Part shown: in pieces, positions 10,643 through 19,789 of the stretch
How the letters are laid out: every line of letters begins with the position of its first letter
Position numbering within the stretch: position 1 is the stretch's first letter
NCBI GenBank assembly: GCA_963707955.1
Contig: OY970176.1
Coordinates: 2,048,001-2,112,000, forward strand
Reading direction: 5' to 3'
DNA from: Candidatus Bathyarchaeota archaeon
GTDB taxonomy: Archaea > Thermoproteota > Bathyarchaeia > Bathyarchaeales > Bathycorpusculaceae
Length of the DNA: 64,000 bases
The notes under the pieces: model-generated
Databases searched by the model: none
What the model saw: the letters and a program-made list of their open reading frames with translations, nothing else
Told to the model about the DNA's origin: nothing
Program-made: the position numbers and the translations under genes

Positions 10643-10954
10643 ATGCCCGGCTTAGAAGAAGGTACAACAGTCTGGCGCTACAGAGTTCAAGACCGTGATA
10701 AGCTTGATAAGATGCGGGTCAAGGAACTTGGGAAAGGCGTAAAGATAACTCTCGGCCGCATTAAAGGCTCGCAGCGCTGGGAAATCGAGAACTATATGTT
10801 TGAGAAAAGCGCTTTCAAAACACGGGAAGAAGTACGGAAGTGGCTTGACTCTCACCTGAAGAGTGAGATCCGTAGCTTCCTTGACTTTAAAGCGTTTGAT
10901 GAGTGGCGTCGGCGGTTCATTAATGCTTACATGCAGATCAGCAAGATAGAATGA
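10643..10954 (+). CDS. hypothetical viral protein
   Basis: Starts 1 nt after the previous stop; RYRVQD...F.K..F.T.EE..KW pattern seen in phage head-region proteins. Confidence 0.65.
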   Translation: MPGLEEGTTVWRYRVQDRDKLDKMRVKELGKGVKITLGRIKGSQRWEIENYMFEKSAFKTREEVRKWLDSHLKSEIRSFLDFKAFDEWRRRFINAYMQISKIE

Positions 10955-11002
10955 CCTGACGAATAAATAAGGCAGGGCGAACAGAGTAGTGGTTGGTCGT
11001 GT

Positions 11003-11278
11003 ATGGAAGTGTTACCAGCAAAAGTCCCTCCTTCTGTTCTACTTCCTGACAATGAAGGGCATTTGGTCTATATCAACGTAACAAAGTGCGACAATTGCGG
11101 AGAAAACTTGGTTGACCGAGATGGCAACTTCAAATGGAAGACAGTTCAGATAATAGATGACGCAGTGAGACCTCTCTACTTATGTTCAGAAAAATGTAAA
11201 CGAAGCATGGAAGCAAAGATCAAAGACAATAACGGTCACTTTCCTAATGAGAAGCTGCGAATCGACAGCGTAGTGTGA
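11003..11278 (+). CDS. zinc-finger protein (CxxC...CSxxC)
   Basis: CDNCG...LCSEKC. Confidence 0.55.
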   Translation: MEVLPAKVPPSVLLPDNEGHLVYINVTKCDNCGENLVDRDGNFKWKTVQIIDDAVRPLYLCSEKCKRSMEAKIKDNNGHFPNEKLRIDSVV

Positions 11279-11305
11279 CAGCGAAGTTGGAAGGGTAGGT
11301 TATAC

Positions 11306-11548
11306 ATGATAATTGAGCAAGTCGAAGAAGCGATAAAGCTGTGTAAAGAAGCAGGGAGGGAGCCGATTGCTCTTGTCATTAATCCTAAAGTGTTGGATAA
11401 AATATACGAAGAGCTACGAAGGTCTACACAGCCAAACTTTCCAAGGGCGTACATAATGAAGCTTTTCGACTTAACGATAGTTGAGCATGTAAAGGCGAGA
11501 GATTTCTTTATCGTAGATAACAGAAGCTGGGCAGAGCAGAAATTCTAA
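11306..11548 (+). CDS. hypothetical protein
   Basis: 80-aa ORF with a purine-rich upstream sequence. Confidence 0.5.
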   Translation: MIIEQVEEAIKLCKEAGREPIALVINPKVLDKIYEELRRSTQPNFPRAYIMKLFDLTIVEHVKARDFFIVDNRSWAEQKF

Positions 11549-11601
11549 GTTCATCACAATCCAGCAAAGTATAGTGACCTAATCCATAAAAGATACTCAG
11601 C

Positions 11602-11795
11602 GAATAGAATAGTTGGCGACTACTGCTGGGAATCTTCCTGTGAGTGGCGCAGAGCACCTCCGTGTCTGGGATGTCGCCCGAAGATTCCTGGGGTAGCCAC
11701 TCTATCTATTCTCATCATAGTTACTGCTTGAAGCTACATTTTTTCCGTTCTCGAAGCCTTCTCCTCAGCGGTTTTGATGTGGCTTCAAGCAGTAA
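11602..11795 (+). ncRNA. candidate structured RNA (two long hairpins)
   Basis: Imperfect inverted repeat 11602-11711 (GGAATCTTC/GAAGATTCC core) and a 19-bp inverted repeat 11721-11739/11777-11795 with one G-U. Confidence 0.4.
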
Positions 11796-11817
11796 TAAAA
11801 ACTTTGGAAGTTAAAAA

Positions 11818-12258
11818 ATGAACTCTAATCGTGCACTGACCATAGTTGCTGTTATGCTTCTCTCATCAATCGTCGTAGGTCTTGCTCTCCAGTCTTTCAT
11901 GCGGCAAATCCCAAGCCTTGGAACAATTACTGCGGTCGGTGTAGGCGTCTTCAGTGATGCTGCCTGTACACAGAACGTGACAAGCGTAAACTGGGGAATC
12001 TTAACACCTGGGAGCATAACGAACTATCAAACTTACATCAAGAGCACAAGCAACATACCGATAACTCTGAGTCTAGGCACAGACTCGTGGAACCCAGCAA
12101 GTGCCCCGACTTACATAACGCTTTCTTGGAGCTACTCAGCAGGCGTAGTGATTCAGCCGAACGCTTCGCTTCCAGTGTCGCTTACTCTGACAGTCAGCTC
12201 AACTGTTACAGGGTTCACTTCATTCACTTTTGACATCGACATAACAGGCTCTGGTTAG
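11818..12258 (+). CDS. secreted/membrane-anchored beta-sandwich protein (pilin/TasA-like?)
   Basis: Signal peptide; VNWGILTPG...IKSTSNIPITLSL...FTFDIDITG. Confidence 0.6.
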   Translation: MNSNRALTIVAVMLLSSIVVGLALQSFMRQIPSLGTITAVGVGVFSDAACTQNVTSVNWGILTPGSITNYQTYIKSTSNIPITLSLGTDSWNPASAPTYITLSWSYSAGVVIQPNASLPVSLTLTVSSTVTGFTSFTFDIDITGSG

Positions 12259-12285
12259 GCCCCAGATAGTTAAGGTGTAAACAAA

Positions 12286-12678
12286 ATGAGTTTTGAAGCA
12301 AGAGTTTGGAGTACGAAAGAAGTCAATGATTTCCCAGATGGTTCCTTCGCATACATCGAGCCGGGTGGCAAGAAGGACGGCGAAGGCAAGACGATACCGA
12401 GAGGTTTGAGGCACTTTCCGTACAAAGACAAAAGCGGAAAACTTGATGAAGTTCACATAAACGCCGGGTTTTCATATCTCAGCAAAGCGAAGCTTCCAGT
12501 AGCTGCGAAGAAGCATATACATCAAACGCTAGTCAACGCTTGCAAGAAGCTTGGGAAAGAGCATAAGCCATGCAGCTTCCCAGGTTGCAAAGGCACTAGC
12601 CCAAAGAAGAGCATGCTTGAAGACAGTGAAGCCTTCTATGCCCTGCAAAGACGCGGAATGTACACGACTTTTCTCTAA
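12286..12678 (+). CDS. phage head-associated protein
   Basis: WST..VNDFPD.SFAYIEPGG...LRHFPYKD, a motif often found next to or fused with prohead proteases. Confidence 0.6.
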   Translation: MSFEARVWSTKEVNDFPDGSFAYIEPGGKKDGEGKTIPRGLRHFPYKDKSGKLDEVHINAGFSYLSKAKLPVAAKKHIHQTLVNACKKLGKEHKPCSFPGCKGTSPKKSMLEDSEAFYALQRRGMYTTFL

Positions 12679-12688
12679 GGTGTCCTTC

Positions 12689-13858
12689 ATGCAGCTGAAA
12701 TATTTCGTTCCCTTTAAAGCCCAAGAAGGCGTAAGCGCAGAGTTCGCGCTAAGAGAGAAACTGTTGAACATTGAAGGTCTCGCCATAGATACGAGCGTCA
12801 ACGCTAACAAATGGCAGGTGCCAGAAGAGGACCTTGACTTTTTCGTATCAACACTCATAAGTGCTCAGCTGCGAATCGATCATGCAGAAAGTGCCATGGC
12901 TGTTATCGGTAGAGTTCCTGAAAGCAAGAGGATCGGGAATACTGCTTGGTTCAGGGCTGAGATCGGTGATCTGCCGATAATTGAGAAAGTCCTGAGAGGC
13001 TACTTAACACACGTCAGCGTTCAAGTTGATAGCGATCAAGTAGAATGCAGCAAGTGTATGAAGCCCACGCGGAAAGAAGGAATGCTCGTGCACCTCTGCC
13101 CAGGCGCTTGGGAGATCGTCCATAAGCCGAAGGTGCGGGAACTTAGCATCGTAGCGAGTCCGGCTTATGAGAAGACTGTTTTTGCGCCAGTCGGTTTCGC
13201 TGCTGCCATGAATGAATCGCAGAAGATCGAGTTTCCATGTGCTCATTGTTCCCAGTTACTGCAAAGTAACGAAGATGTGGGTTCTAAGCGGAAGCTGCAA
13301 GAACCTGAAAACAAAAAGAGCGAAACAATGGAGGTGAAACCTTTGTCTGACAATGCTCAGGCGAAGGGTTCTCCACATCAAGCACAAGACGCAGGCATCG
13401 TAAACGTATCACCAGGTGAATCGGCTCCGCAGCAAGTTGAGTATCAGCAGATGATGGACCAACTGACAACTCTGGAAAACAAGATCAAGCAAACGCCGTC
13501 AATCACAGACGCAGAGAGTGCTGCCATGACGAAGCGCGTCGCAGACCTTGAAGCAGAAGTCGCTAAGAGGGCAACGAAGAGGGCGCTCAGTAAGAAGATT
13601 ACTGAGCTAAGCAGGAAACTTACCGAAAGCGCAGAAAGCGCTGAAGTAGCTGGAGACGGCGCTGGTCAAGACGGTCAAGACGGAAATGGCGGAGACGGTG
13701 ACGGCCAGGATGGCGATGGAAAGCAGAAAGCAGAAGCGAAGCGCGCAAGCGGCCACGGAATCGTCGCAGTTGATGAAGCGAACAAAGATATTCTCGGCAA
13801 CTACGCTTGGTTCAAAGACATCATGAAGGCCAGCCAGAAGCTTAAAGGCATGAAATAG
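12689..13858 (+). CDS. prohead maturation protease fused to scaffold
   Basis: IDH, HVSVQ, ELSIVASPAY; CxxC...HxC insert; coiled-coil C-terminus with a G/D/Q-rich tract. Confidence 0.82.
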   Translation: MQLKYFVPFKAQEGVSAEFALREKLLNIEGLAIDTSVNANKWQVPEEDLDFFVSTLISAQLRIDHAESAMAVIGRVPESKRIGNTAWFRAEIGDLPIIEKVLRGYLTHVSVQVDSDQVECSKCMKPTRKEGMLVHLCPGAWEIVHKPKVRELSIVASPAYEKTVFAPVGFAAAMNESQKIEFPCAHCSQLLQSNEDVGSKRKLQEPENKKSETMEVKPLSDNAQAKGSPHQAQDAGIVNVSPGESAPQQVEYQQMMDQLTTLENKIKQTPSITDAESAAMTKRVADLEAEVAKRATKRALSKKITELSRKLTESAESAEVAGDGAGQDGQDGNGGDGDGQDGDGKQKAEAKRASGHGIVAVDEANKDILGNYAWFKDIMKASQKLKGMK

Positions 13859-13868
13859 GTGATAAACT

Positions 13869-14255
13869 TTGTCAACATCTTGGCCATTAGAAGGAACAAC
13901 ACCGCTCATAGCTGATCGTTTCATCGAGACCTACATCGCAGCTGTTAGCCTGCAGACGATTGGTTTGTTTGTAGAACTTACAGCAGACAATACTGTTAAC
14001 GTAACCACAGGTCCGAATAGTAAGAAAGTTGTAGGCGTAACGCTGACTAAGGCGCTCGCTGGCCAGAAAATCTCTGTCGTCTCAAGAGGCAAGGTCAGAG
14101 TTGTCCCATACGCAACACTTACTTATGGAGACCAAGTTTGCGCAACATCAGGCGGAACAGCACTCACAGACAACAGTAGCCTGAATACGACTATTCTCGG
14201 CATCTGCAGTCAAGGCGGTAACAGCGCTGGTACAGCAATCGTTGAGCTCTGGTAA
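13869..14255 (+). CDS. capsid decoration/cement protein (DUF2190-like)
   Basis: Small G/T/A-rich beta protein between protease and MCP. Confidence 0.7.
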   Translation: MSTSWPLEGTTPLIADRFIETYIAAVSLQTIGLFVELTADNTVNVTTGPNSKKVVGVTLTKALAGQKISVVSRGKVRVVPYATLTYGDQVCATSGGTALTDNSSLNTTILGICSQGGNSAGTAIVELW

Positions 14256-14265
14256 GGCGGTTTGA

Positions 14266-15159
14266 ATGAGTTTTGTAAGAGACGCTTTATCATGGATAGA
14301 TACAGGGGCAGTACAGTATCCAACTCTACACCAGAAGATCATCGAGTTGACTATGCCAGCCCTCGTCGTTAAGAGGTTTCTGCCAGAGTTCCCAATCGTC
14401 GCTGGGCGAACTGCAACATTCGTGAAAGAACAAGGCTCGCGCAGCATCGGCATCACAGAGATCGCCGAAGGCGCAGAGATAATGATGGACTTCACACCGC
14501 TTAGCACAGTGACAGTTACGCCGTACAAGAAAGGCGCAAGAGAACGTATAAGCAGAGAAAACATCGAAGACCTCTACATCCCGGTGATTGAGCAGCAACT
14601 GCGGCGTCTAGCAAGACGTGTCGCGTATCAGATAGACTACGACTGTATGAACGTCATCGCAAACGCCGCGGCTTACACATCTGCAGGCACAGGCAAAAGC
14701 ATGGGAACCACAGGTACAGAGTTCACCATAACAGGAGGCCTCGGCACCAAAGACATCTTGGCAGCAGACGCTTATATCGCGAGCAAGAACTTCATCGCTG
14801 ATTCACTGATCTGCAACCCGATTCAGGCTCGTGACTTGAAGTATCTGCCTCAGTTCATGCTAGCAGGCTTCTACGGTGAAACTGCTATCCAAGCAGGAGC
14901 AGTCGGCAGAGTCTACGGCTTAGACCTTTATGTCAGCAACGTCTGCAGCGCAGGCACCGCTTACGTCGTAAGCACAGGGCAGAACTTGAGCTCAAGCTAC
15001 GCGCCGCTCGGATTCTTCGTGATCAAGAGACCACTAATGAGTGACATAGATCCGAAGAAAGAGTTTGACAGCGTTGACATCGAGCTGACTACGAGATACG
15101 CGCCTGTCGTGCTGAACGGAGAATGCATCGCCCAAATAACAGGACTAGCAACCACATAA
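14266..15159 (+). CDS. major capsid protein (HK97 fold)
   Basis: EIAEGAEI, KKGARERISRE, LICNP, VGRVYGLDLYVSN; position in operon. Confidence 0.88.
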   Translation: MSFVRDALSWIDTGAVQYPTLHQKIIELTMPALVVKRFLPEFPIVAGRTATFVKEQGSRSIGITEIAEGAEIMMDFTPLSTVTVTPYKKGARERISRENIEDLYIPVIEQQLRRLARRVAYQIDYDCMNVIANAAAYTSAGTGKSMGTTGTEFTITGGLGTKDILAADAYIASKNFIADSLICNPIQARDLKYLPQFMLAGFYGETAIQAGAVGRVYGLDLYVSNVCSAGTAYVVSTGQNLSSSYAPLGFFVIKRPLMSDIDPKKEFDSVDIELTTRYAPVVLNGECIAQITGLATT

Positions 15160-15170
15160 ACTCAGTAATC

Positions 15171-15229
15171 CATTTCCCCTCTCTTTTCCCCTTTTTTGTT
15201 CTAAAGCCTGTCCTCAAGCAGGATAGGCG
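15171..15229 (+). terminator. pyrimidine/T-rich terminator plus hairpin after MCP
   Basis: TTTTCCCCTTTTTTG and a GCCTGTCCT...AGGATAGGC stem. Confidence 0.45.
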
Positions 15230-15296
15230 GAACCGTTTTTGCGCACACGTTAGTTGCGCCCGTAAATAAAAACTTCATGGAGGTGAATGAAGAAAA

Positions 15297-15764
15297 ATGT
15301 CTCTGGTATTCAACTTGTCAAAAGGCTTGCTTTACGGCATAACGCTCGGCATACTCTTCGGCCTGTCCATATTCCTGATAGGCACAGTTGCTTCTAACAT
15401 GGGCTTCATTACTATAGCGCCAACGACTCTCGCAGCGCTCGTATTCGCAAACGGCATACTCGGCGGCATAGCGATGGAGTATGGCAAATGGCTCAAGAAC
15501 CAGCATAACGGCGGCTTGATCTTCGGTTTGGCAAACGGTTTCTTGTCAGGTGTTGTGCTCGGCATATACTTCGGTCTAGCAGTCTTCTTGATGGCTGGGG
15601 CTATCTTTGCTTTAGGATGGCTCACTTTAACACCTGTCCAGCTAGCCAGCCTATCATTCGCAGTTTGCATCCTGATGTTCGTCACATACGAGTACAGCAA
15701 CTGGCTTGATGCTCAAAATGCTACTGCAGCGGCCGCAGCGACTACGCCTCCAGTTAAGCAGTAA
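15297..15764 (+). CDS. 4-TM membrane protein with internal duplication
   Basis: Two homologous halves ending EYGKWL / EYSNWL. Confidence 0.7.
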   Translation: MSLVFNLSKGLLYGITLGILFGLSIFLIGTVASNMGFITIAPTTLAALVFANGILGGIAMEYGKWLKNQHNGGLIFGLANGFLSGVVLGIYFGLAVFLMAGAIFALGWLTLTPVQLASLSFAVCILMFVTYEYSNWLDAQNATAAAAATTPPVKQ

Positions 15765-15844
15765 GAGAGCTTAGCAAAAAATCTCCTTTCCCCTTTTTAG
15801 TTGAAAATTATATCGGGTTATACCCATTATCTCGTGGTGAAAAC

Positions 15845-16303
15845 ATGAGTGTAACTTTCATTCAGATAACCGACGTTCAAGCGCAGCTTAATGCCGCGTT
15901 TGACGGTGTTCACACGTACACAGTGTACGGGCTCACGATTTTAGATACGACAATGCAGGCCCACGTAGACTATGCAAACCTCTACATGAACGGACTAATA
16001 GCCAACTTGTCCACTTCTGACTCGCGTTATCCGCTCGCGAAGCTTGCAGCACTCAACATCGCCTGCTTGCGAGTCCTCGTGATTTCAAGCGGCGGCTCTC
16101 TTGTCGGAGCGTTTGACTATTTCTTAGGAGACATGCGCGTTATGAGAAACGCACCATACGGAGCTGCCCTTCTGCGGACGATTGCGGGACTCAAAGATGA
16201 CCTTCTAAAGATGATGACGAACCTGAGCACGCCGATAATGACTGCTGACGCTGCTGCAGGTAGTCAAACGCCGACTTATCGTGGAGGCTTAGCGAGTCCA
16301 TGA
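15845..16303 (+). CDS. head-tail adaptor/connector
   Basis: Position after MCP; helical; TDVQAQL N-terminus. Confidence 0.55.
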   Translation: MSVTFIQITDVQAQLNAAFDGVHTYTVYGLTILDTTMQAHVDYANLYMNGLIANLSTSDSRYPLAKLAALNIACLRVLVISSGGSLVGAFDYFLGDMRVMRNAPYGAALLRTIAGLKDDLLKMMTNLSTPIMTADAAAGSQTPTYRGGLASP

Positions 16304-17151
16304 CAATTAAGATCGATGGAAGCGTTGAGGCGGGCGTGTCTGGTTCTTCAATACCTCTGTCCTTACAAATAGAAAATAACAATGATGTAATAATTGTTGC
16401 TGTTGGAACATTGGATCATAATGGGTACGTAACAGTTAGTCAGATTGCGTCTTCTCCTTCATTAACATGGAAAAAGAGGCAATCACAGACATATTATACG
16501 TCTTCTGGATATTATGAAGACTTTGAAGAATGGTATGCTATTTCACCGAGTAGCGGAAGTCTCTCTATAACGGTTACATTAACAAGTGCACCGAGTTGGT
16601 CAGGACAAGGAGTTGCGTTTGGCATAAGCGGTGCCGATACAACAATTATTTTTGATAGTAATGCCAACGCTAATCCAACTGGTTCTGGTCACGGCACTAC
16701 TTGCAGCGTTTCAATTTCTACTTCTAACGTCAATGATCTTATAGTTGGGCTTGTATCTACTTCTGGGTTTCAACCTCAAGCTGGCAGTGCCTATACTCCA
16801 ATCCAACTTAAGACTCAGATTGGTTCAGAATATAACGTAGTTTCATCTCCACAGAGCGGCACAATAGTTGATTTTTCCTTTTCTACTACATTTTGGATTG
16901 AAATCGCTGATGCAATTGTAGCAGGACCAGATATACCAGCTCCTCCAACCCAAGATTCAAGTGCCCCTCTTGCATCAAGCGCCGGGACAGCTCAAGACTA
17001 TAGCATTCCGCAGCAGCCGACTGGGAAGACGCTTTACACTGGAAACTACATCATTGCCAAAGTTAACGGCTACCGCATGCTCATAACTGACGCGCAGCTT
17101 CAGCAGTATCTTGATAACGGTGATGACGTCGAGGTCGTGAATCTGCCGTGA
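16300..17151 (+). CDS. virion protein with a Ser/Thr-rich beta domain plus a short C-terminal domain
   Basis: Overlapping start/stop with both neighbours; AT-richer N-terminal two-thirds. Confidence 0.6.
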   Translation: MTIKIDGSVEAGVSGSSIPLSLQIENNNDVIIVAVGTLDHNGYVTVSQIASSPSLTWKKRQSQTYYTSSGYYEDFEEWYAISPSSGSLSITVTLTSAPSWSGQGVAFGISGADTTIIFDSNANANPTGSGHGTTCSVSISTSNVNDLIVGLVSTSGFQPQAGSAYTPIQLKTQIGSEYNVVSSPQSGTIVDFSFSTTFWIEIADAIVAGPDIPAPPTQDSSAPLASSAGTAQDYSIPQQPTGKTLYTGNYIIAKVNGYRMLITDAQLQQYLDNGDDVEVVNLP

Positions 17152-17603
17152 CAGACACAGCGCAAGTCGTAAGCGCGATGCTTCAGGCAAAGTGGGGTCT
17201 CTCGTCTCCGAAGGCAAGTGATATCTTCTGGGCAACTACGCGCTTTACAGCGATGCAGTTTGGGCAGGTCACAAACTCTTATGCTATCGCCTGCTATAAC
17301 CCTGGTAACCCGGTCGCTTCTGACCCTTTATCTCGCGAAGTCTGGCAGATGCTTGAAGACGTAATCATTGACATCGTCGTTAAAACAGCGGGTATGAGCA
17401 GCGCAGGCTCAGCGATTCAGGAAGCGATTGATGCGCGGGAAAGCATGCGGCAGCAGGTTTATAGCATCATCCACCAGAACGAGTTTGCTTTCTCTGAATG
17501 CGCAGACGTTTATCCTCTGCGAGAACAGACGAAGGCTGAAAGCCCAGAACTTGTTAGGCTCGCAATCCAGGTCAAGTGCAAGAGCTTCAGTGTGCAGAGT
17601 TAA
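17148..17603 (+). CDS. tail completion/terminator-like protein
   Basis: Position and size in the neck module. Confidence 0.5.
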   Translation: MTDTAQVVSAMLQAKWGLSSPKASDIFWATTRFTAMQFGQVTNSYAIACYNPGNPVASDPLSREVWQMLEDVIIDIVVKTAGMSSAGSAIQEAIDARESMRQQVYSIIHQNEFAFSECADVYPLREQTKAESPELVRLAIQVKCKSFSVQS

Positions 17604-17613
17604 GGCGGTCTTT

Positions 17614-18000
17614 ATGAGTGCTCGCATAGAGTGCGAAGTTGAGTATGCTGACCAACTCTCATCAGTTCTACGAAATGTCTTTCCAGGGGCGCTTGATACA
17701 AACATTTCCCAGGCCATTCAGACAGTTGTGGACAGAATCTTAGGAGATGCCCGTAGCTTGGTCCCGGTTCGTACTGGCTTCTTGTTAAGCACGATTGGCG
17801 CTGAGACTCTTGCTAGGTGGGCATTCACGCTTTATGCCCGTGCTCCATACGCCGGATATGTGGAGTGGGGCACAGTCCGTATGGCTGCGCGACTTTACAT
17901 GACTCGGGCAATCGAGATGCATCAGGGAGAGCTTACCCAGGAAGTGGCTAACGCAGTGAGGCAGTCTGCTGAGGATTGTGGAGTGATAAGCCTTGGATAA
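17614..18000 (+). CDS. HK97 gp10-family neck protein
   Basis: PVRTGFL.STI...APYAGYVEWGT.RM.AR.YM. Confidence 0.85.
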   Translation: MSARIECEVEYADQLSSVLRNVFPGALDTNISQAIQTVVDRILGDARSLVPVRTGFLLSTIGAETLARWAFTLYARAPYAGYVEWGTVRMAARLYMTRAIEMHQGELTQEVANAVRQSAEDCGVISLG

Positions 18001-18484
18001 GTGGAAGAAGCTGCATTGGCGAAAGAACTTTCTGAACTTCGCTGTACGCGTTCTTAATCGCTTAATACCTGAGATTGCGTCGACTTATCCGCAGACTGAA
18101 ATGCTTGACTCAGTGTTCTGCCAGCTAACCAGCGCTTATGAGACTGAAGTTAGTGCCGGGAGATTTGATGATATTGCATATCAAACGCTTGCTGGGTTGA
18201 AAGATAGAAACTTCCAACGGCTCCTGCAACTTTCTCGGAAGCTCCTTATCTACTTCAGCGAAGAGGACCGCTATTACAGGCAGTGGCTCGGTGCAACTAT
18301 GCTACTTGTCAAAAAAGAAGTTGATTTCTGGCTGAAAAACTTGCGCTTTGAAGAGTTCCAGGAACTTGTCTGGGATCAGTGGCAGTTTGACATGAAAGGA
18401 GCTGTTCCAGAAGAGTACTTTAACGCTCATAAGGAAGATTTCCTGAATATTGTTCTCGCGAACTTCCTTATGAATCTTGTTTGA
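17993..18484 (+). CDS. hypothetical viral protein
   Basis: 163-aa ORF overlapping both neighbours. Confidence 0.6.
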   Translation: MDKWKKLHWRKNFLNFAVRVLNRLIPEIASTYPQTEMLDSVFCQLTSAYETEVSAGRFDDIAYQTLAGLKDRNFQRLLQLSRKLLIYFSEEDRYYRQWLGATMLLVKKEVDFWLKNLRFEEFQELVWDQWQFDMKGAVPEEYFNAHKEDFLNIVLANFLMNLV

Positions 18485-18507
18485 ACCTGAATAGAGGTGA
18501 AAAAGGC

Positions 18508-18909
18508 ATGAGCACACCATTGATAGGTCGTAACGCCGCGATACAATATGTGTCAGGCGGCACAGCGGCAACGATAGGTTTCGCGCAAGGAGTCACAGAA
18601 GACTTCAACGTTGAGCTGATCAAAGAGTTTCAGCTTAACAGCGACAAAGCAGCGATTCTCGCAGCAGGCAACAAGACTTTCAAAATAGCAGTTGACAAGA
18701 TGTATATTGACAATACTTTCGGTGCCGTTATGTATGGAAATCAGGTTGTAGACTTTGTTATGGGTCCGGCAGGGTCTAGTACAGGAAGTCAGAAGATAAC
18801 CATAAAGAACGTCGTCATCACAGCACGAAATGTGAAATACGATCAGAAAGGCATTGTCGGAGAGAAGGTAAGCGGCGAAGGAAACGACCGAATAGTAGGC
18901 GTATTCTAA
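18508..18909 (+). CDS. tail tube (major tail) protein
   Basis: About 133-aa beta-rich protein with a GAGGTGA RBS, before TAC and TMP, followed by poly-T. Confidence 0.7.
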   Translation: MSTPLIGRNAAIQYVSGGTAATIGFAQGVTEDFNVELIKEFQLNSDKAAILAAGNKTFKIAVDKMYIDNTFGAVMYGNQVVDFVMGPAGSSTGSQKITIKNVVITARNVKYDQKGIVGEKVSGEGNDRIVGVF

Positions 18910-18913
18910 GCAC

Positions 18914-18938
18914 CTTTTTTTTCTTTTTTTCTTTTTTT
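18914..18938 (+). terminator. oligo-T terminator
   Basis: Three consecutive T tracts directly after the tail tube gene. Confidence 0.55.
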
Positions 18939-18978
18939 CGGCGCGTTGCGCCAATTCACAATTTCGGAGGTATAAGAA

Positions 18979-19443
18979 TTGAGCAAAAATGGAGAAATAG
19001 ACTGGACGAAAGTGACAGAGATGGAAGAGCGCCTTAAGGAGATTGATGAAGAAAAGCTTGCAAGAGTCAGAATCTTCGACCCGAAAGAGATCGTACGCAG
19101 AGCCAAAGATATCAGAGAAATCATTGACGAGGACTTAGGCACTATTCGCTATGTCTTGCTGAACTACGATGAGCTAAATGAAATCGTAGAGAAGCACAAA
19201 GATAACAAGGACAGAAGTATTCAGCTTCTCTTTTATCAGCTCGTACCGGCTAATGAAGGTCTAACAGTTGACGACATACGCAAGATGCCCTATGAAGTCG
19301 TTGTACGGCTCTTGACGAAGCTGCAGACTGAAGGAAGTTTTTTTCCACATCCTCAGAGACCGTCGCAGAATGGATCGGAATCGACGGAAGAGCGCAGACC
19401 ATCGGATTCATCGCGCATGAGTACAGTTACACACTTCAAATGA
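18979..19443 (+). CDS. tail assembly chaperone (G-like), with a -1 frameshift extension to 19520
   Basis: Between tube and TMP; slippery T TTT TTT at 19338-19344. Confidence 0.75.
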   Translation: MSKNGEIDWTKVTEMEERLKEIDEEKLARVRIFDPKEIVRRAKDIREIIDEDLGTIRYVLLNYDELNEIVEKHKDNKDRSIQLLFYQLVPANEGLTVDDIRKMPYEVVVRLLTKLQTEGSFFPHPQRPSQNGSESTEERRPSDSSRMSTVTHFK

Positions 19444-19543
19444 TCGGCGAGCTTACGCCTTTTCAAATCCAATTCCTCAAGGAGTGGGCTCGATGGTGGT
19501 GGGCGCAAAGGCAAGAGTAAAGCAGTGACGTTGAAAGACTCTT

Positions 19544-19690
19544 CTACTCTTTAGGGACAATAGTCTTTTCGTGCGCGGAAAGAATCTCAGCGAGTTTCCA
19601 TAGTCCATAGAGGTCAAGGATTGGGATGATTAGTATGAGAAACCATTTGAGCGTTGACTCTTTCTTTCGATGCTTGACTGTTTCGATCAT
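19544..19690 (-). CDS. small antisense membrane protein (48 aa, moron-like)
   Basis: MIETVKHRKKESTLKWFLILIIPILDLYGLWKLAEIL...; upstream GGGGGTGA RBS and CTTATAAG box. Confidence 0.5.
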   Translation of the reverse strand: MIETVKHRKKESTLKWFLILIIPILDLYGLWKLAEILSAHEKTIVPKE

Positions 19691-19789
19691 TTCTCCCACA
19701 TCTTTCACCCCCTTTCCTATTGAGATTAAAAACGTACTGTCAATATCTGACGCAGCTTACTTATAAGGTCAATTTAAAGAGGGAACGAA

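Noticed and set aside
11640-11700. Possible tRNA or att site
   Set aside because: No cloverleaf or T-loop consensus; retained only as a hairpin
13650-13720. GACGG-rich short repeats
   Set aside because: They encode the G/D/Q low-complexity linker of the scaffold; not a separate element
14266-15159. Encapsulin rather than viral capsid
   Set aside because: Context includes terminase, portal and tail genes
18508-18909. Contractile injection system or tailocin
   Set aside because: No sheath or baseplate wedge genes recognised; head genes are present
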